A stretch of DNA of 64,000 nt from positions 1 to 64,000 of IMG/VR virus record IMGVR_UViG_3300046616_000314; one strand, 5' to 3'. Shown here piece after piece: positions 1 to 8,956 of the stretch. The notes below the pieces were generated by a model, which worked only from the letters and a program-made list of their open reading frames with translations, was not told the origin of the DNA and searched no databases. The position numbers were made by a program, and so were the translations under genes. Each line of letters begins with the position of its first letter. Within the stretch, counting starts at the first letter, position 1.

Positions 1-553
1 TCGTCATATCCTTGCCCCAGGTTCCGTTCCGGCGAACCGAAGCCCGATCAACGAGTTTGGCTCCTGTCTTCTTCGCATACTCGCCAAGGTACATTGTCCA
101 CATGACGCTGCTATCGTCGGTAACTTTGCGAAGATACGTTAGGTCGATTTCCTCGTAACCTGAATCGACGGCGATGGCATAAAGATATTTGTGCAATGGC
201 GCAATATCAGCCATCACACGTTCTTCTTGTTCGTTTTCCGGGGACGCCCATTCATGATCTGGATCATCGGCTCTAGCTTGATTGAGAGCCGGGACTTCGA
301 TAGGGCTGTCGCCAAACATCGGGACAATTTTAAATCTTTGAGAGAGCGCAGTTTGATTCAAGATCAGAAGCGCATCGCGATCCCAACGGTTTGAATAAAA
401 TGGTGTTGCGAGATTCCGCGTCAGACTGACGCCGCCTCGCTTGCCTTGCTTCAAGGCATCTTCGGGCAGAATATTTCGGATCAAGAGATTGACCGAAGTG
501 AAATGGAACAGTGGGGCATCGCGCCCTTCGGTGATAATCTCATGAAATCTCAT
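1..553 (-). CDS. ADP-ribosyltransferase-like late/virion protein (runs off the left edge; absent from ORF track)
   Basis: Manual translation MRFHEIITEGRDAPLFHFTS...GVSLTRN...ENEQEERV, open to position 1. It shows an H-x-T / S-L-T-R / E-x-E ART-like pattern, with TAAATA 5 nt upstream of the ATG. Confidence 0.6.
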   Translation of the reverse strand, partial: MRFHEIITEGRDAPLFHFTSVNLLIRNILPEDALKQGKRGGVSLTRNLATPFYSNRWDRDALLILNQTALSQRFKIVPMFGDSPIEVPALNQARADDPDHEWASPENEQEERVMADIAPLHKYLYAIAVDSGYEEIDLTYLRKVTDDSSVMWTMYLGEYAKKTGAKLVDRASVRRNGTWGKDMT

Positions 554-561
554 GAGAATAT

Positions 562-786
562 TTATGACCATTTCAGTTTGAACAACATCAAATGATTTGC
601 TGATCGGAAGTTGATAGCTGATTGATCGCTCAAACCGTTGCCGTCTACTGGGTCAACGATCCGTGGTGCATAACCGATGGTTTGGCGACACCAATCTCTG
701 ATGTCACGACGTAGGCGCCATGCATCTTCGTCGCCGTTGTCGTATTTGCGCATTTCGCGGTCGGAAAGTTGAAGTACGGCTTTCAT
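562..786 (-). CDS. FKLKW-family small protein (subfamily A)
   Basis: W-x-L...DWC...GYAP...DP; ends FRSANHLMLFKLKWS; ATGA overlap with upstream gene. Confidence 0.85.
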   Translation of the reverse strand: MKAVLQLSDREMRKYDNGDEDAWRLRRDIRDWCRQTIGYAPRIVDPVDGNGLSDQSAINFRSANHLMLFKLKWS

Positions 787-1022
787 CCGAATTTCAATTT
801 GAACATAGCGTAGTCATCTTCCGATTGGAATTCCAGAACCATATCACTAGTTGCTCTATGCGGTTTAAAGGTATGGTCGGGGTCAAAAAACTGGGGAATG
901 TAGCCGAATGAATATTCACACCAATCGGCAATGTCCTGACTAAGTTTCCAATCGGAATCTTCGCCATGATCGTATTTGCGCAAGGCGTCAGCCCGATCTC
1001 TAAGATAATAAGTCATAGCCAT
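783..1022 (-). CDS. FKLKW-family small protein (subfamily A)
   Basis: DIADWC...GYIPQFFDPD; ends FQSEDDYAMFKLKFG; alternative start 1016. Confidence 0.85.
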   Translation of the reverse strand: MAMTYYLRDRADALRKYDHGEDSDWKLSQDIADWCEYSFGYIPQFFDPDHTFKPHRATSDMVLEFQSEDDYAMFKLKFG

Positions 1023-1261
1023 TTAATTTTGAAGATGACGAAATCGTCTTCCGATTCAAATCTCAAACCCATGTCATTTGTATATGGCGGGCGTCCGTTG
1101 CTTCTCGGCGGGGCGGTTTCATCTGGATCAAACAATTCGGGGGCATAGCCTAAATTCTCAATACACCAGAACGCAACATTAGGGAGTAATGTCCATGTAG
1201 TCACCATGGAAATCACTTCTATAACATCGACATCTGCGACGTACGAGTATTTCATAGCCAT
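1013..1261 (-). CDS. FKLKW-family small protein (subfamily A)
   Basis: FWC...GYAPELFDPD; ends FESEDDFVIFKIKWL; alternative start 1255. Confidence 0.85.
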   Translation of the reverse strand: MAMKYSYVADVDVIEVISMVTTWTLLPNVAFWCIENLGYAPELFDPDETAPPRSNGRPPYTNDMGLRFESEDDFVIFKIKWL

Positions 1262-1500
1262 TTCATCTTGAACATCACGAAGTCTTCCGCAGATCGGAAG
1301 CTTATTGCCATATCTTGCGTGACTTGTCTAGGTTTATAGCGCAAGTCAGGATCATAGAACCGAGGGATGTATCCAATATATTTTTCGCACCATTTGGCAA
1401 TGTCTGGACGAAGAGACCACTTGCTATTGTGATCAGCATCGATCTTTTTCATTTCGTCTAGATGGTCTCGATAAATGTAAGATTTGCGTGTCATACCCAT
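1252..1500 (-). CDS. FKLKW-family small protein (subfamily A)
   Basis: WSLRPDIAKWC...GYIPRFYDPD; ends FRSAEDFVMFKMKWL. Confidence 0.85.
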   Translation of the reverse strand: MGMTRKSYIYRDHLDEMKKIDADHNSKWSLRPDIAKWCEKYIGYIPRFYDPDLRYKPRQVTQDMAISFRSAEDFVMFKMKWL

Positions 1501-1724
1501 TTCAACTTGAACAGCACTAGATGGTCTTCGGCTTTAAATTCAATCGCCATATCATCCGATCTTTCTCCCGTGATTTTATCGGGATCAAAGATGGGTGGCA
1601 CATAATTCATATTGATTCGGCACCATTCGGCGATATCTGGACGAAGAGTCCAACGTCCAGCGGAAGAATCGTCGTAGCGTGTTTCCATGTCATCGATGTA
1701 TACGCGGAGCCAAATATTAGTCAT
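1491..1724 (-). CDS. FKLKW-family small protein (subfamily A)
   Basis: WTLRPDIAEWC...FDPD; ends FKAEDHLVLFKLKWV. Confidence 0.85.
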   Translation of the reverse strand: MTNIWLRVYIDDMETRYDDSSAGRWTLRPDIAEWCRINMNYVPPIFDPDKITGERSDDMAIEFKAEDHLVLFKLKWV

Positions 1725-1993
1725 AGGTATTTCAGCTTAAAAGTTGCTGCGTCTTCTTCTGATCGAAAGCCCATAATCATATCGTCACTTGGTTCGTGCC
1801 CGTAATAGTCGGGATCGTAAATCAAAGGCACATAGCCAAGTGATTTTTTGCACCACGTCTTAATGTGAGCATACAGATGCCAAGCACCTTCGCTGGTATC
1901 AATTTCCGTATCGTCTAGGTGGCGAAATTTATTCACGTGATCTCTGATGAGAACCGGATATTTCGCCAAGGTTTTGTTGTTTATCATAGCCAC
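1721..1993 (-). CDS. FKLKW-family small protein (subfamily A)
   Basis: IKTWC...GYVPLIYDPD; ends FRSEEDAATFKLKYL. Confidence 0.85.
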   Translation of the reverse strand: MAMINNKTLAKYPVLIRDHVNKFRHLDDTEIDTSEGAWHLYAHIKTWCKKSLGYVPLIYDPDYYGHEPSDDMIMGFRSEEDAATFKLKYL

Positions 1994-2262
1994 TTAACTT
2001 GAAATAGTACGGCGTCATCATCTGATTTGAAAGCTACGATCAAATCATAGCTACAAGCAAAATTCGGAAAGTCTGTTGAAAATTCATCGGGATCAAAGAA
2101 GAGTGGTGCATAGCCGAACTGTTCTTTGCACCATGCTTTGATTTCTGGTTTCAAATGCCAATGCGCGGTTGACGTATTGTCGTCCAGCCCGTTGAGGTAG
2201 CTGAAACCTTTCCGAATGTGAACCGGATAATTTTTAAGGGCGGCGTAGGTAATCATAGCCAC
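1984..2262 (-). CDS. FKLKW-family small protein (subfamily A)
   Basis: IKAWC...GYAPLFFDPD; ends FKSDDDAVLFQVKWL. Confidence 0.85.
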   Translation of the reverse strand: MAMITYAALKNYPVHIRKGFSYLNGLDDNTSTAHWHLKPEIKAWCKEQFGYAPLFFDPDEFSTDFPNFACSYDLIVAFKSDDDAVLFQVKWL

Positions 2263-2516
2263 TTCAATCTAAAAATGGTGGCGTCTTCATCTGACCGAAA
2301 ACACAAAATCATATCTGAGGATTTGGTTTCATGCTGATCGGGATCGTAGAATACGGGTTCGTATCCCAGGTTTGACATTACCCAATCTCTGGACTCTTTG
2401 GTCATCGTCCAGTTCGTGTACTTGCTATCATGAATGTGATGAATCTCGTCGCAAAACATCCGAATTCTAGCCGGGTGCGCGATAAGGACATCATGTGGAA
2501 TAGGAACTAACGTCAT
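2253..2516 (-). CDS. FKLKW-family small protein (subfamily A)
   Basis: GYEPVFYDPD; ends FRSDEDATIFRLKWL; start uncertain (2516-2552). Confidence 0.8.
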   Translation of the reverse strand: MTLVPIPHDVLIAHPARIRMFCDEIHHIHDSKYTNWTMTKESRDWVMSNLGYEPVFYDPDQHETKSSDMILCFRSDEDATIFRLKWL

Positions 2517-2540
2517 AGCCTCTCGCATACCATAATCCGT

Positions 2541-2569
2541 TTGACGATCCAACGAAATTTTCGTATTAA
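2541..2569 (+). promoter_or_regulatory. sigma70-like promoter for the rightward FKLKW array (possibly leaderless)
   Basis: TTGACG-N17-TATTAA with the ATG at 2576 six nt downstream. Confidence 0.5.
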
Positions 2570-2575
2570 AATGCG

Positions 2576-2809
2576 ATGTATGATCTGCGCACCCCTATGA
2601 TGAAGGTTTCCGCATGGCGGCGAGGCGGTTGGGCTCCAATCGCTGACGACGATAACATTATCTATGTGTGGCGTGAGAACATGGCTGAATGGTGTGAACG
2701 CCATTTGAGTGAAGTACCTACGATGATGGCGTCAAACAATCGGGTTAGGTTTTGGATTAGATTTACGAACGAAGACGACTTGCTGATATTCAGGCTCAAA
2801 TGGCTATAG
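2576..2809 (+). CDS. FKLKW-family small protein
   Basis: AEWC; ends FTNEDDLLIFRLKWL. Confidence 0.85.
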   Translation: MYDLRTPMMKVSAWRRGGWAPIADDDNIIYVWRENMAEWCERHLSEVPTMMASNNRVRFWIRFTNEDDLLIFRLKWL

Positions 2810-3081
2810 TTCTTCCCACAACTGCATTAGTTGCACATGATTTTCACGCTTACGCGGCATCCGCGCCCGTGAGAGCGAAAATTTATGCGCTATACGGTGG
2901 TTGGAAATCACATTATTTTTGCTGGACTCTGAAGTCACCTATTGATGATTGGGCTAGGAAACATCTTGGCTATCCAGTCTACATCTTTATGAATTACCAA
3001 TCTGGTGAAAATGCTGCTGCTTCGATAGTCGAATTCGAGACTGAAGAAGACATGATCGCTTTCAAGTTGAAGTGGCTATGA
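2800..3081 (+). CDS. FKLKW-family small protein
   Basis: Start ATG formed by the K-W codons of the previous gene; ends FETEEDMIAFKLKWL. Confidence 0.85.
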   Translation: MAIVLPTTALVAHDFHAYAASAPVRAKIYALYGGWKSHYFCWTLKSPIDDWARKHLGYPVYIFMNYQSGENAAASIVEFETEEDMIAFKLKWL

Positions 3082-3368
3082 TCGAAATCAATCGCGCCCG
3101 CCGCAAGAAAATTTGCTGCAAAAAAGGTATCCCTCCCCGGATAGCACGGCGATGCTATGATATCGTTCTGGCATCGGATATGGGTCGATGCAACGGCGCG
3201 AAGCGGTGTAAGAAAGAAGTAGAAAACTGGTGCGCCCAAAAGTTCGGCGTCATCCCGCTTGTCATGTTTTTCTATTTTGACGATAACGATTATGACTCTG
3301 TGACGCAGTATCTAGTCGGCTTGCCAAATGAAGAAGCTGAAATGATGTTCGCGATGAAGTGGCTATGA
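3072..3368 (+). CDS. FKLKW-family small protein
   Basis: ENWC...FG; ends LPNEEAEMMFAMKWL; alternative start 3078. Confidence 0.8.
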   Translation: MAMIEINRARRKKICCKKGIPPRIARRCYDIVLASDMGRCNGAKRCKKEVENWCAQKFGVIPLVMFFYFDDNDYDSVTQYLVGLPNEEAEMMFAMKWL

Positions 3369-3643
3369 TTAAAATAAGCATTTCACACGGGCTGATACAT
3401 CATTTCGCTAGCATTAGCATACCGGGAGAATGGTTGGATACCACGCCGAGAAGTTATAGCTATAGTGTTTTAGGAAAAATGCACCAATGGTGTATGAAAC
3501 GTCAAATCTGCATCCGGGTAATAGCTGTTCATAAAGGGCTACCACATAATAACTTGATTGCGGATGCCTACCATTTCCATATAGAATTGACCGGAAATAC
3601 CACCGACGAAACCGAAGTAGAATTCAAGTTGAAATGGCTATGA
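3359..3643 (+). CDS. FKLKW-family small protein
   Basis: QWC; ends [12 protein letters not shown]. Confidence 0.8.
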   Translation: MAMIKISISHGLIHHFASISIPGEWLDTTPRSYSYSVLGKMHQWCMKRQICIRVIAVHKGLPHNNLIADAYHFHIELTGNTTDETEVEFKLKWL

Positions 3644-3885
3644 AATTCAAATCTTCTACGACATATCCGATGGTCGTTGCGGCTAATAAAATATCCGGCT
3701 TGTTCTTTGGTCATCGAAACAAGAGCGATATTCTTATTCGTATGCCATCGGCGATGTTTGAATGGTTGGACAATAACGAACCGGATTGGCGGATGAGGTT
3801 AGAATACTTTCCGTTGTCCGATACGGTTGAATTTCAGTTTGAAGACCCAGACAACTTGGCGATGTTCAAATTGAAATTTCTATAA
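3634..3885 (+). CDS. FKLKW-family small protein
   Basis: FEWL; ends [15 protein letters not shown]. Confidence 0.85.
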   Translation: MAMKFKSSTTYPMVVAANKISGLFFGHRNKSDILIRMPSAMFEWLDNNEPDWRMRLEYFPLSDTVEFQFEDPDNLAMFKLKFL

Positions 3886-3939
3886 GATAAATATTGATCC
3901 GAACCCATCGGGTCTATATAGTAAGAATAAGAGTTAAGG

Positions 3940-4016
<77 letters not shown>

Positions 4017-4033
4017 ATAATTCTTTTTACGGC

Positions 4034-4108
4034 GCGCGGTTAGCTCAGTGGTAGAGCGTCTCGTTTACACCGAGAGGGTCGGCGGTTCAAGCCCGTCACC
4101 GCGCACCA
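4034..4108 (+). tRNA. tRNA-Val(TAC)
   Basis: GCGCGGT/ACCGCGC acceptor stem, TCTCG-TT-TAC-AC-CGAGA anticodon arm, CCA. Confidence 0.95.
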
Positions 4109-4123
4109 AACATTTCAAAGCAA

Positions 4124-4462
4124 ATGACAGCAACTCTTACATTTCTGTTTAATGATACTCATATTTTCGAACCCGATTATGTTCGTGGTTGGGTTATTAG
4201 TGACGAATACGATACCACGTATCAGTACGATCCCTATAAGAAAACGCGATGTCAAGAACCCCCGATGCGGTCAGAGATCATCGAATGGCTAGATAGTCAT
4301 TACGAAGGCGAATATACTTTCGAAAAATATATGAAGCCGTTAAGCACTAAACGCTTCACACGAGAATTTGGCACGATTGAAATCATGCTGGATAAACCAT
4401 ACGGCTTGCATTGTCATTGCACTGAAGAAATGGCGATGCATTTTCGGTTGAAATTCGGATGA
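4124..4462 (+). CDS. FKLKW-family protein
   Basis: IIEWL; ends TEEMAMHFRLKFG. Confidence 0.8.
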   Translation: MTATLTFLFNDTHIFEPDYVRGWVISDEYDTTYQYDPYKKTRCQEPPMRSEIIEWLDSHYEGEYTFEKYMKPLSTKRFTREFGTIEIMLDKPYGLHCHCTEEMAMHFRLKFG

Positions 4463-4776
4463 CTGGATTTCCTTATGTAGTCGAATACGCGGACTATGCC
4501 CGACAGCACACCGGGTCTTTCCGTATAGAACAGTGTTATCCAATTCATGAATGGTTAGAAGCAAATTATCCTGAGTTGGAATGCGCGTATCATGGCGCCG
4601 GTGGATGGTATGAAAAATACAAGAATTGCCCCGGTAAAAATGCAATTTGTCCCGATAAAGATTTTAGAATTGATATCCTCTATAATCCAAAATACATGGG
4701 CGATACGCGAGATACTTGCCTTGTGAGTTTCAAGGACGAACAGGTTGCCATGCATTTTAAACTAAAATTTGGTTGA
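4459..4776 (+). CDS. FKLKW-family protein
   Basis: IHEWL; ends FKDEQVAMHFKLKFG; ATGA overlap. Confidence 0.85.
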   Translation: MTGFPYVVEYADYARQHTGSFRIEQCYPIHEWLEANYPELECAYHGAGGWYEKYKNCPGKNAICPDKDFRIDILYNPKYMGDTRDTCLVSFKDEQVAMHFKLKFG

Positions 4777-4801
4777 CACGCTCTAGTTCTCAGACTAAGG
4801 T
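4773..4801 (+). promoter_or_regulatory. sigma70-like promoter
   Basis: TTGACA-N17-TAAGGT; the same hexamers occur at 57126-57154. Confidence 0.6.
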
Positions 4802-4932
4802 GTTGTCAGCTAGGGAGTTGAAAGTAATGGGTGTGGGCAACTGCACTTTGCTCCAAGAGGATGAGGGCACACCGGGAGCCCAAATTTCTCCATGGCGGTG
4901 GCGCCGCTAAAGAAGTTTTGAAGACGTAACGT

Positions 4933-5007
4933 GGTGGTATAGCTCAGCGGTAGAGCGTCACACTCATAATGTGAATGTCGGTAGTTCAAGTCTACCTACC
5001 ACTACCA
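4933..5007 (+). tRNA. tRNA with CAT anticodon (elongator Met or Ile2)
   Basis: TCACA-CT-CAT-AA-TGTGA anticodon arm, no initiator GGG/CCC pairs, CCA. Confidence 0.9.
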
Positions 5008-5017
5008 ACGTCTTCAT

Positions 5018-5093
5018 GCTGGGGTAGCTCAGATGGTAGAGCATCGGATTGAAAATCCGAGTGTCACTGGTTCGATCCCAGTTCCTAGCACCA
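5018..5093 (+). tRNA. tRNA-Phe(GAA)
   Basis: TCGGA-TT-GAA-AA-TCCGA anticodon arm, CCA. Confidence 0.95.
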
Positions 5094-5111
5094 ATTTTTC
5101 TGCGAGTGACG

Positions 5112-5330
5112 ATGAGAACCATTGTATTTCGTACCCAGGCTGAACGCATTAAGTTGGCGAATTCAGTCTTGGAAATCGGTAGAGACAAGGTGTTCCAACG
5201 TCAAGTGCGTACGTGGATGCATAAGCGTTTATCGCATCCCGCGTGGTTCTCATTTAGTCGTCAATGGGGCGATATGTTGTGTTTCGCCACGGAAGAAGAC
5301 GCCGCACTCTTCAAGTTGAAATGGCTATGA
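5112..5330 (+). CDS. FKLKW-family small protein
   Basis: VRTWM; ends FATEEDAALFKLKWL; start placed after the tRNA. Confidence 0.85.
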   Translation: MRTIVFRTQAERIKLANSVLEIGRDKVFQRQVRTWMHKRLSHPAWFSFSRQWGDMLCFATEEDAALFKLKWL

Positions 5331-5653
5331 AAAACTACGACCGCAATGCCAGATTGATGTACGATCCCACTCAGTTGAAGGGGTATCGTATTACCCCGGA
5401 TGGGAAGGGGATCGAAGTCAATCGTTTCGGTCTTCGCTACAGTGAATCTTTTGCCATATCAGGCATCCCCCGCGTGGGGCACACAAACGATTTGGTCGTG
5501 ACCAAGCGGCGCCTTCGCGATGATTCTATTGAAGTCTGGGAATGGATGGAGCGCGTAGGCATCGACATTCATTTGTCAGGCGGTCATGGGGCTCACGTTC
5601 TTGTCGGACTGTCCGATGACGATTTCGCTCTGTTCAAGCTCAAGTGGCTCTGA
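5327..5653 (+). CDS. FKLKW-family protein
   Basis: ATGA overlap; VWEWM; ends LSDDDFALFKLKWL. Confidence 0.85.
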   Translation: MKNYDRNARLMYDPTQLKGYRITPDGKGIEVNRFGLRYSESFAISGIPRVGHTNDLVVTKRRLRDDSIEVWEWMERVGIDIHLSGGHGAHVLVGLSDDDFALFKLKWL

Positions 5654-5943
5654 TGCTCGACGCAGTTAGGTTCACTGAGACCGGGGTGATGCTATCCGTC
5701 CCTCGTTCAGAAATGCGATCTGAGTTTCGCTTGGGCTTGCTGCTGTTCATGAAAACTCGTAGCACGCTCATGCGTATCCTTTCTGGGTCGAATGCCCAGT
5801 TCATGTATTTTCTTGAAAAGAATAATATTGAATACGTCATCGGCAACACAGAGCGGTGTAGCATCACCGACTGTTGTTACGTGCCTCTTCATTTCGAAAA
5901 TGTAGATGATCTTGTTTTTGTGAAGATGAAGTTTACCCGATGA
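5644..5943 (+). CDS. FKLKW-family protein
   Basis: Ends FENVDDLVFVKMKFTR; alternative start 5653. Confidence 0.75.
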   Translation: MALMLDAVRFTETGVMLSVPRSEMRSEFRLGLLLFMKTRSTLMRILSGSNAQFMYFLEKNNIEYVIGNTERCSITDCCYVPLHFENVDDLVFVKMKFTR

Positions 5944-6245
5944 GTTATGATCGCGATCAGCCACTCTATTTCGAGGATGAAAGCTGTCATTATTACCGTA
6001 ATGAGGCTGGTAAAGAAATTCAGCTTTATTATGTTGGGTTCAGAATTTCGACAGCCCGATATTACGAACGGCATCGAGCCGGAATGATAGTCGATATCGA
6101 AGACGTTGACACACGGGCTGTCCCGGCATTCTTGTGGTTACAGGAACGCGGTCATCTTAAAACTATTCATGCATTCCGGGGACCGCATATTCTGGTCGAT
6201 CTGGAACTAGACGAATATGTGGAATTCAAACTGAAATTTAAATAA
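5940..6245 (+). CDS. FKLKW-family protein
   Basis: GPHILVDLELDEYVEFKLKFK, resembling the 5327 gene. Confidence 0.8.
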   Translation: MSYDRDQPLYFEDESCHYYRNEAGKEIQLYYVGFRISTARYYERHRAGMIVDIEDVDTRAVPAFLWLQERGHLKTIHAFRGPHILVDLELDEYVEFKLKFK

Positions 6246-6246
6246 C

Positions 6247-6326
6247 GCCACGATAGCTCAGATTTTTGGTAGAGCGTCGGATTGAAAACCCGAAGGTCAC
6301 TGGTTCGATTCCAGTTCGTGGCACCA
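6247..6326 (+). tRNA. tRNA-Phe(GAA), second atypical copy
   Basis: GCCACGA/TCGTGGC acceptor stem, enlarged D-loop (AGATTTTTGGTA), A-C mismatch in the anticodon stem, CCA. Confidence 0.85.
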
Positions 6327-6339
6327 ACCTTGAGATTAT

Positions 6340-6720
6340 ATGTACCACCCCGACTATCATTGTGCGCCATACGCTAAACGCCCGCACCACAATCTAACCA
6401 TGATGACGACTCATCTATGGGACGATTACGATGCCCTGGAATCTAAGAATATGGGCTATCACCCTGCGGTACTGAATGATCAAAAGGCTCGTCTAGCATA
6501 TTTCATGGTCAAGCCTAAATTTATTACGCATCTACCCAACATGGGATCGTTAGATTTCTATCATACTCCGTTCGAAGACATCGATGACTATATCAAACGG
6601 TTGGAACGTTACGAAATCTTCGTAAGACGTTTGCATATTCTGCCAGATGGTATGTTGCTGGCACATGATCATGATGACATGAACGATCAATTCTTAGTTT
6701 TCAAACTGCTAGCCAAATAG
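6340..6720 (+). CDS. divergent FKLKW-family protein
   Basis: Ends DMNDQFLVFKLLAK. Confidence 0.65.
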   Translation: MYHPDYHCAPYAKRPHHNLTMMTTHLWDDYDALESKNMGYHPAVLNDQKARLAYFMVKPKFITHLPNMGSLDFYHTPFEDIDDYIKRLERYEIFVRRLHILPDGMLLAHDHDDMNDQFLVFKLLAK

Positions 6721-6723
6721 AAA

Positions 6724-6750
6724 AAGCCCCGGCTATCTATTCCGGGGCTT
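6724..6750. terminator. intrinsic terminator between convergent genes
   Basis: AAGCCCCGG-loop-CCGGGGCTT hairpin with an A-run on the left (U-tract on the minus strand). Confidence 0.7.
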
Positions 6751-6774
6751 CCTCTGATTGCTGGGATACCTAGA

Positions 6775-6996
6775 TCAAACGGCTTCAGCCGGATCGGTGT
6801 TCCCGTCTTCGATCAGTTTCTTTTGCTCGTTGATCCAGTCGTTGACGACGATGCGAGCCGAGTCGATGTCGGCAAACGATGTCGTACAAGAGATTTCTTC
6901 AAGATCGTGAAGGTTGCGCAAATGGCGTTCAGCTTCATTGATCATATGTTCGCGCGGAAACCCCGCGCTGATTAGTTCGTTCCACGTTTCAATCAT
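6775..6996 (-). CDS. hypothetical protein
   Basis: 73 aa ORF with GGGAGA SD. Confidence 0.7.
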   Translation of the reverse strand: MIETWNELISAGFPREHMINEAERHLRNLHDLEEISCTTSFADIDSARIVVNDWINEQKKLIEDGNTDPAEAV

Positions 6997-7062
6997 CGAA
7001 AATCTCCCTTGAATATATTTTGGTTAGAGTATATAATTTATCAAAATACGTCAAGGTTTTCG

Positions 7063-7473
7063 ATGCGCAAGATTGAAAAGATAACATACTTGGATACTTG
7101 GATTGGTACTTGCCATTACTTGTCCAAGTGGTGTCGCAGTTCAGCCAATTCGACAACCGATGCTAAATCGTCGTATTTTACCGCGAATACCCTCGATACT
7201 ATGTTCGTCTCGCTTCTGCCCTACCCCAAACCTGCATTGTTCATGGTCGTAGAATATATTGACCTTGAGAACATGCAAGGGGGCTCCGATGCATACGAAC
7301 TCAATATCGCACAAGACCAAGAGACCGTGGCACGAGTTGAACGCCTCGGGCATCGTATGAGCTATATGGTCTCGGATGGCATGTCAGGCAAGCGTTTCTT
7401 TCTTGCGGCGTTTCAATTTCACCCTGGCGAACTAGACGAATTTGAAATGGGATTTAGAATATTATGGAAGTAG
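7063..7473 (+). CDS. divergent FKLKW-family protein
   Basis: Ends ELDEFEMGFRILWK. Confidence 0.6.
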   Translation: MRKIEKITYLDTWIGTCHYLSKWCRSSANSTTDAKSSYFTANTLDTMFVSLLPYPKPALFMVVEYIDLENMQGGSDAYELNIAQDQETVARVERLGHRMSYMVSDGMSGKRFFLAAFQFHPGELDEFEMGFRILWK

Positions 7474-7856
7474 TCGTTGATCATTGGTGGAACTATCTTG
7501 CCAAGACGCAAGAGGTAACACAGAAATTTTATAATAAGCATTCCAAAGAATCTAGGATGGCGGATGACTATCGTTCAGTTCACACACTGAACAACAAGTT
7601 GCTGCTTCGCAAAAACGACAAAGGTGAGAACTATTCTCTCGCTGAACCGCTGTATGCAATCGAGTATCAACAAGGCACTCCCTTTGCGCATTTCGATGTA
7701 GCAACGGCAAATGCTCTAGTGGAACGTTTTGGAAGGCTCGGGATCAAGTCTTATCCGATCCACGTGGCAAACTATCGGTTGGTCATCGGAACCCGCCAAT
7801 CTGTAGACCTTTCCGAACTTTCTGTTATTGCGCATTTGGCGTTCAAAAATCAGTAG
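7464..7856 (+). CDS. hypothetical protein, probable paralog of the 7063 gene
   Basis: Start formed by the W codon of the upstream gene; shares VER(F/L)-x-RLG. Confidence 0.65.
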   Translation: MEVVVDHWWNYLAKTQEVTQKFYNKHSKESRMADDYRSVHTLNNKLLLRKNDKGENYSLAEPLYAIEYQQGTPFAHFDVATANALVERFGRLGIKSYPIHVANYRLVIGTRQSVDLSELSVIAHLAFKNQ

Positions 7857-7935
7857 AAAGTTCTTGCAAGATAAATAAAAGTAGGATATAAATAAAAAAT
7901 ACCAACGTTGCTTAGTAATGAGCAACACCCTCGGA

Positions 7936-8011
<76 letters not shown>

Positions 8012-8035
8012 AACCTCTTCCATTTTTCGAAATGG

Positions 8036-8110
8036 GCGTCCATAGCTCAGCGGGAGAGCATCACATTGACATTGTGAGGGTCGCAAGTTCAATCCTTGCT
8101 GGACGCACCA
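8036..8110 (+). tRNA. tRNA-Val(GAC)
   Basis: TCACA-TT-GAC-AT-TGTGA anticodon arm, CCA. Confidence 0.95.
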
Positions 8111-8135
8111 AACCTTTATTTTATCGAGAATTTAA

Positions 8136-8564
8136 TTGACTTATCAAACACCCCCTACCATTGCGGTAGTAACCGCTGACTCGACTAACGAACCGACTAT
8201 TCTACCCATGTGGTCGGACCAAATTAATATCAATACTCCTACCACCGGGAGCCCTGACCCGGATAACATTCCGACGTATGCCGTTTTCCTTGGAAACGGC
8301 AAATTTGTCGGTGAACAGAAGATTATTCATTGGGTCAATCCAAACGGTTTCTCTTATGAGACCACTGTTACTCAAAAACTGCGCGTTATTGCCACTTGTA
8401 TGACTCATGCTGGTAATGGTGGCGTTGGCTTTGCGCTTTATGGTGATCGCCGTGGTGGATATGCGTTCATGACTTGGATCGGTGATCGTTGGCTGGTTAC
8501 TTCGTATTCTGGCTACACCGACAGCGGCAACACGAATAGATTCTTCGCTGGCGTCGGAATTTAA
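8136..8564 (+). CDS. hypothetical beta-rich protein
   Basis: 142 aa ORF with coding-like codon usage. Confidence 0.65.
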   Translation: MTYQTPPTIAVVTADSTNEPTILPMWSDQININTPTTGSPDPDNIPTYAVFLGNGKFVGEQKIIHWVNPNGFSYETTVTQKLRVIATCMTHAGNGGVGFALYGDRRGGYAFMTWIGDRWLVTSYSGYTDSGNTNRFFAGVGI

Positions 8565-8671
8565 CTAACTAATGGCGCGGGGGTCTCTCGGCTTCCACGC
8601 CATACTAAAATCCGTTGAAACTTCGTAAATAATTTGGTATGATGAGCCATTAACGAAATATGGTTATTTTC

Positions 8672-8908
8672 ATGTCCAAACATTTGCGTAACGTAAAGGC
8701 ACTTTTGCTCCAAGAGGCTACGGCTGTCGGAGCGAAGGTCGATTTCGGTTTGAAGTCGAAGCATCACTTTTACGAAGTCACCTACAACGGCGACAGCCGT
8801 CGTCGTCCATTCACGATCAATGACACCAACGGCGCCCATGGGCAACTGAAGCAGATTTATCGTGAATTTCACCGCGCTATCAAAGAACTATCAAGCCCCG
8901 GAGGATAA
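8672..8908 (+). CDS. small protein, possibly HicA-like fold
   Basis: Helix-(GAKV...KSKHH)-beta-beta-helix pattern; weak. Confidence 0.35.
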   Translation: MSKHLRNVKALLLQEATAVGAKVDFGLKSKHHFYEVTYNGDSRRRPFTINDTNGAHGQLKQIYREFHRAIKELSSPGG

Positions 8909-8956
8909 CCAAATGACCCCGCTAAACGCAAGAAACTGAGTAAGAAATTTCTAAAG

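Noticed and set aside
4964-5188. ORFs overlapping tRNA genes (also 7918-8139, 6167-6370)
   Set aside because: They are artefacts of translating tRNA sequence.
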